The notes below the pieces were generated by a model. That model did not search any database. It was not told the origin of the DNA and worked only from the letters and a program-made list of their open reading frames with translations. Of a stretch of 64,000 nucleotides of DNA, positions 1 to 28,425 are shown in pieces. Origin of the DNA: Macrostomum lignano (Eukaryota). Within the stretch, counting starts at the first letter, position 1; each line of letters opens with the position of its first letter. The position numbers were made by a program, and so were the translations under genes. The stretch spans positions 399,693 through 463,692 of the forward strand of contig NIVC01000181.1 of NCBI GenBank assembly GCA_002269645.1, written 5' to 3'.

Positions 1-3000
1 ACTGTTGCCGAAGCCACACGGCTGCTTCCAGGATAGGCGGGACTATGCCCTGTACTTGCTGCATCCGGAGAACAGGTTTGAATACGTTTGCTAGCAAGCT
101 ATTCCATTTTGCATTAAACACCTAGCCGAAAGACGTCTCGTATTTGTTTTCCACAAATATCAAATTTGCAGATTTCGCGTCCTCTGCCAGACGATGATTT
201 CTAAGAAATGTTTCGACTATACGGTTCTGTTCTTCATCGCTCTCAACTGCATCACTCTGGCCATGGAACGACCATCGATACCTCCTGATAGCATCGTGAG
301 CGAACACTTTTTTTAGTAGTACTAGTTAAATAAGGGAGTCGCTCTGAATTGAGTAAAGGCAATTTTGACACCAGAACAGCCCCGCTCCACAGTCAGGTAG
401 TGGAGTTTCCAGCCACATCATCCATCTGGCTTCTCTTAACAAAAGATTAATTTCTACTTTAAATCCCATTAAATCACGTATATTTCCTTTGCAGGAGCGG
501 CAATTCCTCAGTATTAGCAACAATATATTCACACTGATCTTCGCGATCGAGATGTTGGTAAAAGTACTGGCCAAGGGCCTGATCATCGGGGATCACACCT
601 ATCTGCGAAGCGGCTGGAACGTCATGGACGGTTCTCTGGTCGCAGTGTCTCTGACAGACGCATTTGTCACTCTGTTGATGGGCAGCTCCAGCCGGATATT
701 TGGCATCCTGAGAGTGTTTCGTTTGTTGCGGACTCTGCGACCGCTGCGCGTTATCAGTCGAGCTCCGGGATTGAAACTGGTAGTGCAGACGTTGTTGTCA
801 TCGCTGCGGCCAATTGGAAATATAGTGCTCATCTGCTGTACTTTCTTCATCATCTTTGGGATTCTTGGTAAGTTATTGGGTTTTTTGTACATTATGTTTG
901 TCTACTTACCTCTAGAAATTTGAATGTTCACAATAGAGTACGCTCGTACATTAACTTGTTCAAAGTAATATTGCGCTCAATTGGAGGATTAAAAATGTGA
1001 CCTTGTAGTCAGGTAAACTAAAAAGGTAAATTTTTTGTAAGGATAGAAATATAGACTCATTAAAAACTTCCGATAGCCTTCTAGTCTATCCCAATTTTTC
1101 AGGTGTACAACTGTTTAAAGGAAAGTTCTACTATTGCGAAGGTCCCGACGTGAAGAACGTCGTTAACAAGACCGACTGTTTGGCCGACAAACGAAATGAC
1201 TGGAAGAAGCACAAGTACAACTTCGACAATTTGGGCCAAGCTCTCATGGCACTTTTCGTGCTATCGACGAAGGACGGCTGGGTGCAGATTATGTACACAG
1301 GATTGGACGCGGTTGGAGAAGACATGCAGCCTCAGGAAAACTACAACGAATTTCTATTGGTGTACTTTATCTCGTTTCTACTGCTGGTGGGATTCTTCGT
1401 GCTAAACATGTTCGTCGGCGTTGTGGTAGAGAATTTTCACAAGTGCCGCGCCAGCCAGGAGAAGGAGGAGAAGGCGCGACGGGCGGCCAAACGGGCTCGT
1501 CGAATGGAGAAGAAGCGGAAGCGTAAGTTGCACGCAGACCTGACAGCACTTGGGAAGCCCACGTTGAATGGGAGAGGCTGCTCGGGATAGTCAGTTACTG
1601 GATCAAAATTGAACATCTATACGACTTATAAGATAGCCAGAAAGATTTTTCCCACAGGCATTCGCGAGATCCCGTACTGGGCTGGGTACTCACGTTGGCG
1701 GCACACAATACACAGCTTTGTGGACAGCAAGTACTTCGACCTGGTGATAGCTACCATCATTGGTTTGAACGTTATTACAATGGCTATGGAGTTTTATCTC
1801 ATGCCGAAGGTAAGAAAAACGTTGAATAAATTCATTTTCCACATTTATTTGGGGTTGTGCACGAAGAGTTGGCCGAGCGTTTTTCGTCCGATTCACACCT
1901 CTGAAAGGTAACCTCTAAGGCACAGAGTGTGTACATGCCTGACGATTAGAAAGTCAGGGCCGCTGTACTCCTGTGTGAGGGTGAGAATGACTGTACACTC
2001 GTATTAAAATGTGCTCAGCGGAATGAATAGAATTGATTTAGAGCTGGTGAAGAGTTTAGGAGTGGTGATCAATCACTCGAAAACTCCCACTTCTAGATAC
2101 TGGGGAACAAGTGCCTAGGTGTATGCAAAATCGAATAGCTCTACTGCAGCGGATCCTTTAGTAGCTTGTATAGACGTCTGGGTTTGGAGTAGTGACTCGT
2201 TACATGTACCTCTGTGAGTCGTTGACTTTATCTGTGGGTCGACCAAAAGCGAGAGCGAATCAGAATTTCTTGACGGTCCTCGAGTTTGGAATTAGCAATA
2301 AAACATGCGCCTTATTGAACAATTAAATTCTGTGTTTCTGTAATAGGTCCTCCTAAAGGGCCTACTTAATCTTAGAGTATTACTTTAAGTAGGGAATTAC
2401 GGTATGGTTTTAATAGCTCTCTACACTGGTTGGGAGAAGATGCCACCGAAGGCGTTGCTCCCGCAGCCCTCTTGCAAATATGTATTATATATTTTTTGAC
2501 ATTAATTGTAACCCCAACCTGATATGCCTTCTAAAAAATACAGGAACTTGACTACGCGCTAAAGACTGCAAATTACATATTCACATCCGTCTTCATTATC
2601 GAGGCAGTGTGCAAAGTGGTCGCCCTTGGCGCTAAGAGATACTTTAAAGACAGGTAGGTAGAATGACTGCTCTCACCCGTACTATTTTCTAGTTCAGTAG
2701 TTGCAGTTGACTGTCTGAAAATGTTGCAAAAGGTCTTAAATTAAAACTGCATCATGGTAGCAACAAAAGACTCAAGCGCACTAATTATTTAATAATGCTA
2801 AAATTATCAGCACTAGAAAGCAATCTTGACAGTATATTTGTATTGACCGTGGCTACCTGGCTCATCACTTTCTATTTTGTTCCCGTCATTTACAGCAGGT
2901 GAGTTGACAAATTGCTCGCGAGCACGGAATGTCATAGCTGAGAATTGATTATGCCTTTTATCGTTGATTTTATTTTCGCTGCTTTGTCTGGAGTTTTTTG

Positions 3001-6000
3001 TTTTTATTCTGTTTCGCCTCTTTTGTAAAATATTTTCTTAAGAAGTTTATGAGCTTTAATATGCTCCTGCCTGCAGCAGATACTCAGTGTGTTGCTTTTA
3101 TTCTAGAATAGTCAGCTCTGCAAAGCGTGTGCATTTTTTGAGCACTGCATATACGAGCGTCGTATTTATAGCTTTCGCCGATTCTGCAGATACTTTGTAG
3201 AGGTTTGATGAAATGAAGAGCTAGGCGGTGCTTCTTTTTGTTTTATTAGCATATTAGGAAGTAAGAAAATGGAAATAGTGAGAAGTTGGCAATGCGCCTG
3301 CCGTATATTTATAGATGTGATTTGGTTTCCAAAAATTTCTAGTAATATTTCTTACATTATAACAAATTTAAAGTGCAGATAAATTACGGATAATTTTACC
3401 GATATTGACTATGCTATTTTAATATAATAAGTAAATTAATAATCATTAATAAATTCTTGAAATTAGAATATCATTAAGCAAAGAGAAATTTCTGAAAAGA
3501 TCGCGACATTTGGATTTGTGCTTCCTACGAGCTAGAATTATCGATCAATACGGTAAATGGAAGTTTCTCGAATGAAGGGCGCCACCGCTTTTTGAATTTA
3601 GAAAAACATTTTTGATATTCCAGAACATCAATGGTACTCTGAATATGATTATTCCGCGGTGTATTTTGATTGATTTTTCGCCAAAATCAGTTGATTTTTT
3701 TGTTCAAAATGCGAGCGCGTTGTTTCGGTTTGAAACCGCCAAAAGCACAGAAGACGATAATATTAAATGAAAAGTTGAATTGACGATAGTGAAGTGTAGA
3801 AGGTTTTAAAAATAAATTTTATATTAAATATATTTTTTCGAATTTCTTTGTCACTTTGAATCTGTAAAAGTGGATTACGGGTGGTACCGTTTGGGTTGTG
3901 TTTCATGAAAACTTTAAATATTATGCGACGAATATACATTTTTTAACCACAACGTAATAGCTATTTTGCCAAAAGTATGTATTTTAAAAACGTAATATAA
4001 CTACGTCAGTCTTAGATTATTGTTATACTGTTGCATGTAAACCCAGTTTCACTAACTTAGCCAGGCAATTTATTTTGTGCTGAAAGCGCTTGAACTTCTC
4101 AATTTTTTAATAACAGATGGAACCAGCTGGATGTACTCATCGTTGTACTATCGGTCAGCGGTATTGTGCTGGAGGAGATGGAGGCAAAAATTATACCAAT
4201 TAATCCGACTATTATTCGGGTGATGCGAGTGCTGAGGATTGCTCGAGGTGAGTGGCTCTTCATTTCCAATTCACGTGGGTCTACACGATTGGAAATTTAA
4301 ATTAACACAATAAAACAAAAAATGCATTGACAGTTTTGAAGCTCCTGAAGATGGCCAAGGGCATCAGAGCGTTGCTGGACACGGTGATACAGGCCCTGCC
4401 GCAGGTCGGCAACCTGGGCCTTCTGTTTTTTCTTCTATTCTTTATCTTCGCCGCGCTGGGTGTCGAACTGTTTGGAAGGCTGGGTGAGTGGCAAGATCTC
4501 TGCTGATATCCCACCGATTCCACCAGCTTGTCTATATTTTCCATATCCAAATATCTCATGTATGTTTGCATGCGTGCAATGCGTAACCAAGTGCCCCTAG
4601 AGTAACAGGACGAAACGTTTTAAATCCACTGTAAACATTTGTACGTCCAAAGTCCTTCAAAATACATAAGCAGAACGTGTATAAATTTGGTAAGAGGTGG
4701 TTTCACAAGTTTATGGGCACATTGCAACTTAATTTAACTTTACTGAGTATTCGATTAACTTCCTGATACCCGAAGTTTTAAGTCCTCTTTCTACTGGAGG
4801 TCAATACGCATAACCTACTTTTATACTCGTTTAATGATTAGAAACAACTCTCTGCAACAGAGCTTTAGTTAAGCTGGAATTTGACACGAATTCTCTAGCT
4901 TAGTCTTTGCAAAAAAACCGTAGCTGAAACCATGATTTTAAACATGCGGCTATTTCAGAGTGCTCGCTCGACAATCCCTGCGTGGGTCTGAATCGGCACG
5001 CCCACTTTGAAAATTTCGGAATGGCTTTCTTGACTCTGTTCCGCATAGCAACGGGCGACAACTGGAACGGTATTATGAAGGACACGTTGCGTAAAAAGTG
5101 CGACGCCAGCGATCAGTGTGTAAAGAACTGCTGCGTATCTCACGTGATCGCGCCGATTTACTTTGTTGTGTTTGTACTAATGGCTCAGTTCGTTCTCGTC
5201 AACGTAGTCGTCGCTGTCCTTATGAAGCACCTTGAGGTAAGTGGAAGCTGGGAGCCGGGTGCGATATGTACCTATCTAGCGGTTTGGCAAAGTATAGTAG
5301 AGTACAAGGGGTACAACCGGTAGCAAACTACGATACAACATGATGAGAGTGAGCTAGTTGCGGTCTAATTCTTGCCTAAGCCACAATCACACACCGGAAA
5401 ATCTTCAGGAGTCGCACAAGATGATGTCAGACGATGACGAATTGGAGAAGGAGATTCGACGCGAGCTCGAGGAAGAGAATCGAGAGAACCAACGGCAGAG
5501 GGATCGGCGAGAACGAGAGAGAAAGGAGGTGAGCACTTCATGTTCGTAAATAAAAACCGAATTGAAACTTCATGGGTGCTCTAAGAGGATTTTACCTGTG
5601 CCCCATCGACCCAATGACAATAAACTATACATGTACTTGAGAAAGGTAAGATATCTCTCTAATTTTCTGTTGCACCCGTTCCGCCAGCAGCTGACCCGCA
5701 AATCGGCGACAGCAGGCAACAAGACGACTCTAGCCGTTGCCAAAACTGTGGTTGTCGATGTGAACGCATCCGCCTCAGACTTCGTTGTTGAGGACGGCAG
5801 TACCGCCAGGACTGGCGCTGCGGCTGCTTCCGCTGCTACCGCAGAAGTTACTGACGAAGACATCGCCAATGGCAACGACGAAGAAGAAGATCTGCTGCTC
5901 CAGGAGGCTGAGCTCGAAGCCGTGGCTGCTTGCCGCAAAGCCTCACTGCCAGCCTCGGAAGCTGCGGCAGTGTCTCTGACTGGCGCATCTGTCGCTGCAG

Positions 6001-6038
6001 TCCAAAGTCTGCAGCCGTGTCTTGTAGAAGAGCGATGA
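1..6038 (+). CDS. Cav3: T-type voltage-gated calcium channel alpha-1 subunit (Cav3 family), 5'-partial; domains III, IV and C-terminus
   Basis: Phase-consistent GT-AG exons: <1-75, 172-295, 495-867, 1103-1522, 1658-1809, 2544-2653, 4117-4247, 4334-4483, 4959-5236, 5409-5528, 5688-6038(stop). The translation has S4 segments ([22 protein letters not shown]; [20 protein letters not shown]) and pore loops FVLSTKDGW (III) and FRIATGDNW (IV). Asp in both loops is the EEDD filter of T-type channels. The last exon (Ala-rich tail) is less certain. Confidence 0.95.
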
Positions 6039-7020
6039 GATTCCTCGTCGATAACTTATTCTAGTCTGCGAAGTGGCAGAGTGACTCAGGAAGATGAGGT
6101 GCGACCATGTGCACGGACAATCTAAGCATCTTATGACGCTTGAAATTCCATTCCGAGACCTTCCCTCGTAGCAACCTGAATTTTGGGCAGAGAATCCTCT
6201 TACAGAAGAGACCAAACGTACTTCTGATTCACAAAGCCATCAAATCAAAGGACTGAGAAACAAAACTGCACCAACTTTGGTCTCAGGTAATGGCGGTGGC
6301 GTGAAGAGGTTGGATTGCACATATCAATGGCGTGGAGTTGAGACGGGGATCTACTGGGAAAAGTACGCTAGCTACGAATGCATTGATTTTTATTTCGACT
6401 TGAAAATAATTGTTTGTATTTTTTAAACATTGTACTCGTAAAAAGCCACTTGCGAACTTTTTTTATCGTACATGTACGAGTATTGCCCTGAAAGGAACAA
6501 CAATTTCATGCGATAAAAATGCGTTTTCTTCAAAACTCGAACCAGTTACCAGAGCTAGATTGTCTGTTTCACTTTCTCGCATAGTTTTAGCATGCTCAGA
6601 TTTCTTCTAATGTTTGCCTGTTTTTTATTGACGCGATACAACATGCTCTACTGGCTATTGCTGGCAGTAGCAGTGTTCAAATTCGACATTCGAAGCAATC
6701 ATGTCAACAGTTCCCTCCACTGCTACCTTGCGTCTGTTTGCGTCAGCCAAACATTTTTTATAGAAAGATAGGCTCCATCTTTTGATAGATAAGTTTCAAT
6801 TCCTGGTGTTTATGAGTAATGATCTTTTTGATTTGTAGACAAAGCACATGACGGCATCCCGCGACATCAACTAGCGCGCCTGAATCAAAACAGAGACCTT
6901 TGTTTGTTTTTGCATTTCATTTCATTTTTGATCTCGCCTTTTCTTCTCTGAATATAGTTTTCTACCCGAGGTAGTTGCAGGGCAAAGCTTCTCAGAACCA
7001 CTGTCCAAAATGATACAGGT

Positions 7021-7465
7021 GTCACTGGCGAGTAGCTAGTGTCACTGGTGAGCAGCTAGTGTCACTAGTGAGTAGCTAGTGTCACTAGTGAGTAGCTAGT
7101 GTCACTAGTGAGTAGCTAGTGTCCCTGGTGAGTAGCTAGTGTCACTAGTGAGTAGCTAGTGTCACTGGTGAGTAGGTAGTGTCACTGGTGAGTAGCTAGT
7201 GTCACTGGTGAGTAGCTAGTGTCACTGGTGAGTAGCTAGTGTCACTGGTGAGTAGGTAGTGTCACTGGTGAGTAGCTAGTGTCCCTGGTGAGTAGCTAGT
7301 GTCTCTAGTGAGCAGGTAGTGTCACTGGTGAGTAGCTAATGTCACTGGTGAGTAGCTAGTGTCACTGGTGAGTAGCTAGTGTCACTGGTGAGTAGCTAGT
7401 GTCACTGGTGAGTAGGTAGTGTCACTGGTGAATAGCTAGTGTCACTGGTGAGTAGGTAGTGTCAC
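7021..7465. repeat. 20-bp minisatellite, about 22 copies (GTCACTGGTGAGTAGCTAGT)
   Basis: Tandem units read directly from the sequence, with few substitutions. Confidence 0.97.
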
Positions 7466-8329
7466 CAAATTGTATTACCGGTGTTTCCATAGCAACTCTT
7501 CAAAAACAACTAGACTCCCTATCAATTCAAATTTATTCTTAAACTACTAGCTAGATTGTCACTTTTCTCGATTGCATCTAGTTTTGAAGTTTTTGCAAAC
7601 GTATTTTGCACCTTTGGTCTCCTCCATTCTTACAAGTAACTTAAGTAAATCCCATTCTTTAACTATATTAGCATACTTGTTTCTCTGTCGTCATCTGTCT
7701 TTCCCTGTTACTATGCTAGTTTTCAATGCGCCCGTTATTTATTGTGCAGAGTCTTGTGTCGAGTCAGTAACTGTAATTTGCGAAAATTAATCAAACTCAA
7801 ATACAAACGCGGTTTGGTTTGCAGCACAATTGACTCAATCTGGTAGCCATGACGAAGCCAAAATGATGAGTACACTCTTGTTTCTTGAGGCGTCTCTCAG
7901 CAGATTTACAATGCACTTCAATAATAGTAACATTTTATAATCACAAAAACGGGACAACGAACATAAAAGGGGGGTGGCTAAAGACTCACTCGTAACTGCC
8001 AACGACAAAGAGTGACGCACAGAAAACCGTAGCATAATTATATGTTGAGACCGAACTTAAAGCATGAATGAAATCTGGTGGCAAGATTTTTCTAGCTGGG
8101 AGATTTAATCGCATTTTCACATTTCAAAATTCAGCTTTGGGTATGACAGAGCGGCTGGTCATTTGGCCAATGGTTACGGTGAGTTTTGACGAGCATGAAA
8201 AGTACTCCGAATCGGGTGAATCCTGTGGGGAATCCTACTCGTATACAAGCCACCAAAGATAAAATCCCAAGCAATCTCAAAAAATCCCTGAATTCCAGTC
8301 AAGTTCTTTTAGACAATGTTATCACAATC

Positions 8330-8500
8330 AGGGGAATCCCAGGCAAGGGAATCCAATCAATGGGAGGCCCAGGCACGGCAATTCAATCAGTCAGGAGACT
8401 CCCAGGAGAGGGAATCAATCAATCAAGGGAATCCCAGGCAAGGAAATTCAATCAGGGGAATCCCCGGCAAGGGAATATAATCAATCAAGGGAAATTTAAA
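8330..8500. repeat. Degenerate GGGAATC(C/AATC)-rich tandem repeat
   Basis: Recurrent ggggaatcccaggcaag / gggaatcaatcaatca units of variable length. Confidence 0.6.
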
Positions 8501-8626
8501 AGATCGACTTCAATTCGATTCTCAGAGACCCTCTGAGAATGGGAGATCGCAGCAGAGCAAAAAGAATAACAAATCTCACAGAACCCCTGATTAACCGATA
8601 AGTCACAAATTATCGAGCACTCCGGC

Positions 8627-24856
<16,230 letters not shown>

Positions 24857-26250
24857 CAGGTCAGGGATCGCCTCAGGTCTAGGATTCCTTCAGGTCTATG
24901 ATCGCTTCAGGTCACCGCTTCAGGTGAGGGATGGTTTTTATTTGTAAAGAGCTTACAAACAAATATTGCACTCATTTACCCTAAATGACTACTTTCAGTA
25001 AGCGTATTTCGATTCCGATAAATGTTTTCAATGTAACTTCTAGCATGCAGGGCTTGAACGGCTTTGTATAACTAATATGATTCTCTGATTTAGACAAAAT
25101 AATATAGAGGCTGCTTAACATACACGCGTTCATGCATACATATATAGAGTCATTAAAAAGTTAACAGATTACTGGTAGACATGGCAGGCAACCGGCAGAT
25201 CAGATGCCAGAATTGCCGATCCTGCTCAGTTCCCAATGCAGGCTCTCAACTCAATGCGGTACAGTTTCCGGGTCTCAGACAGGTCACAATTGATATGAAA
25301 TCAGGTATCGGATGAGAACTGAGGGGAGAAGCGGGACAGGAAGATGGAGTGGTTATTTATATTGCTGGTGCCGGGATGCCTGCCACCTCCGCGCAGTGAA
25401 GGCTTTTCAGAGTGGCGTACACAACCGGGGTGCTATTTGTTTTTCTGGAGTTGACATGGTCGCTCAACCAGATAATATGGTTCGCACAGATCCCATTTTT
25501 ATTGTTTGGTGTAGCTACACATATTGGGTGCTACAACTAAGAAAAACAGTGAAAGCTAGGCTTGCCTGCATTGGGACTAGCCAATGACTGGACTGGAATG
25601 GGGCAGGAGCGGTTTTACCGGTGCCTGAGTGCCTGAGTGACGGGCTTCGACCATAGACAAATTATGAGAGTTAGCTGAATGCTATGCAGAAACAGAGGGA
25701 TACAACATACGAGCGTAACTTTACTTCCCTCTTGCCAGTTACCAGCTTTGCTTTTGCATCAAATTTAACTCATCTGGAGATATTGGTATTTGAGTTTTCG
25801 CTTTTGAAAATTAGTACACGGTTTGCGAGTGTTGCGTTTTTCTTCTGAAGGTGTCTATGGCCTATGGATTTATTATCCGTGCTTATTATTAAATATCAAT
25901 ACCAGCCGTACAGACGAACTTCATCGATGCTCATATCAGGGTTTGATTTTTAAATCTAGAAATCGTAATCCAGACTTGATGGAAGAGCAGCTAGCAGCTA
26001 GGAATGGCCTCGAAGCAGACTCTCCGAACATTCAAAGAGCAACTTTTCTCATTTTATCAGGTCCATGGTGCCATCCTAAATCACTAAGTGATAGCGCAAG
26101 CGTTAAAGCGAATATAATGTCGACTTCTTTGTGCTGCAACCTAAACTGCTAGAGACTGTTTAAACATTACTGTGTATGCGACTATAAGGTCAAATGGACC
26201 GCACTGAATTGAATACACTTGCACGGAGAAGCTCTCGAGATTTATCTGCT

Positions 26251-26400
26251 TGATTGACAGCTGTCGTCAAGCAAACAAAAGCTGCATCATTTTTGTGGGA
26301 AAGCAAGACAGTCTGCTCCGCTCTGACATGTGAAATCAGAAAAGTCAAACAACGTCACTCTTTCGACCGGAAACACGTGCCAATCCGATGTACATAAATT
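26251..26400 (+). promoter_or_regulatory. Conserved promoter cassette of the peptide gene family (representative copy; present upstream of all 12 intact genes)
   Basis: TGA(T/C)TGACAGCTGTC(G/A)TCAA lies about 240 nt upstream of the ATG. CCGGAAA-CACGTG-CCAAT-CCGATG(C/T)GCATAAAT lies about 125-90 nt upstream. Both recur with few changes in every copy while the flanks diverge. Confidence 0.7.
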
Positions 26401-26490
26401 CGTAACTCCCAACTGCTCAAGAACTCAACTTTAAAATCGACTCAATCTACACACAGCTCGGAGACTCGACTCAACTCGACTCAAGCAATC

Positions 26491-26685
26491 ATGAAGTGGC
26501 AACTCGCTCTCGGACTTTTGCTGTTCGCAGCCCTGGCCGTCGCCATGCCCAGCCAGGAGGAGAAGGCCATGGCCGAACGCGTGCTGGAGGAGACTCTGTC
26601 CAACCTGGACGAGTCCAGCGTGTCGGAGGAGCAGATTCCGAAGCTGAAGAAGAAGATCTTCCGTGTTCATGTTAGGTTCGGTTAG
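26491..26685 (+). CDS. Secreted prepropeptide copy 1 (64 aa; tail KLKKK-IFRVHVRF-G)
   Basis: MKWQLALGLLLFAALAVA signal-like N-terminus, acidic spacer, Lys cluster and terminal Gly before the stop; intronless; one of 12 paralogs. Confidence 0.9.
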   Translation: MKWQLALGLLLFAALAVAMPSQEEKAMAERVLEETLSNLDESSVSEEQIPKLKKKIFRVHVRFG

Positions 26686-28249
26686 ATAAGCTCACAGATA
26701 CGCCTGAGATTGAAGACGCTTCATCGAAGATGATCTGGCCCTGACAACTGACCTGACTCTGAACTTTTACTCGTTTGCGAATAATCCTTAAGCGTTGACA
26801 GTAAAGTCAGTGATTACAGTTGAACTAAATATACAAACGAAACACCGACAATACTCAGTTTAAGCACCCCATGTAACTAAAAGCTCTTCCTTCTTAATTA
26901 TAGTTTTTTTATTTCTCAAAGTCGCAATTCGATTTGGCCATAGTAGAGGAGTCATTAATTTATCATATTGCTTTTCTTTCCTTTAAAGGTCTAAGGTTTT
27001 GACTCCTTATTTTGACTTCTTATCCCTGAGATAGGAAAATGAAACACAAAGCCAAATGAAGCAGTCGTTTTTATACGAGATCACCTACTTAAGAATAGTA
27101 AGATAAGATTATGAACCGAATCATTTTATAGTGTGTGACTGCGCACCGATAGTTTAATAGAACTTCAAACTTCAACGTGTGTGTTCACCAGTAAGGTTTT
27201 GGATTTGTGGTTTAGCTGTCTAAAAGTAAGGACTCAGAAGCTGGTCCTGACCTATCACGAAATTGAATCTTACTTTTACTCGTAAACACCCACATGGAGG
27301 CTCAATCTTGTACCTACTTTGTAGCAATCTACAGCCAGTTTACTGAATTTCACATATAAGTCCGTAATTTAATCGTCTTTGCTGTTTCCCTCAACGCATT
27401 GATAAGTTATTTAAGCGGAAATTTACAATGAGAAGGACTGTAATCTAACCTATTCATGTCGCAGATCTTTTCTAAGATTTTTTGAGATCAATATGCCTTT
27501 TTCTAATTTCAATTTTTTCAGAGAATGTGTCGTCGAAGATACCGCTAGGCATGTGTCTTTAGGTATGGTTCATTGGAAGTATGGTTGATGAAACTGTCCA
27601 TGAGAATGTGTATAATATGAGTTTCATTTGTCTCCCTACTAATATCTTATTCGCTCGATCCCTACCTCGATGAACATATCGAGGACAGGCGAAATCTGTC
27701 TTTAGCTGAAGTTGGTTTTTGTCGTTATCCTGAATTTTTTTCAATTTTAAATCTGTTATGCGACCAAAGCAGTCGTCCATCTATTATTTAATGATATGCA
27801 ACTAGTCACTGAAAAGTCAAGTAATATTAATTAAATTAGTACAATAATTAAACTCTACCCTCAGTCGTTAAAATTCGCTTAGGGAACACACTGTAGGACT
27901 GCCGGTATTTGCTAGCTCATTTGGTGCGTGAACCTCGTCTGGGGGCACATCGCGTCACTTGAATTTTACTTGACGCGATTTCCCAGTATTGTACTTGAAC
28001 AAGTGGGAGAAAATTCCATACTCGAATCCCCCATCGTCACAGAATGGAGCTGCCAAAGCACACAGAGGCCTGAAATAATTGCACGCGATAACTACTTGAA
28101 ATATCTTCACTCGGGTATCTGCATTAGACTTTGAAACGGACATCGCTGTCTATTGGATACCGAACTTTTGAGAACTTCTTGCCAGTCTTAGTCAATAGCC
28201 TTCCAGTGCACCAATGTTATTTGGTTGAACTTGTACTGACACAGCATTA

Positions 28250-28425
28250 GAGCAGTACTTGACTTGTTTGATTGTCAAGATGTCATCAAACAAAAAGTAC
28301 TGCATGATACTCGCAGACAGCAAGCCAGTCACTGCTCCGCTCTTCTCACGTGAAAGCCTTCAACTCAAACAGCGCCGCTCCTCGGACCGGAAAACGTGCC
28401 AATCTGATACGCATAAATTCGCAGC
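28250..28425 (+). pseudogene. Promoter-only remnant of the peptide gene family (no CDS follows)
   Basis: ctcacgtgaaagcc..ggaccggaaaacgtgccaatctgatacgcataaattcg matches the family core promoter, but the downstream sequence is unrelated. Confidence 0.7.

Noticed and set aside
8186-8536. 116-aa plus-strand ORF as a further Cav3 exon
   Set aside because: Made largely of a degenerate repeat, with no channel similarity and no splice support.
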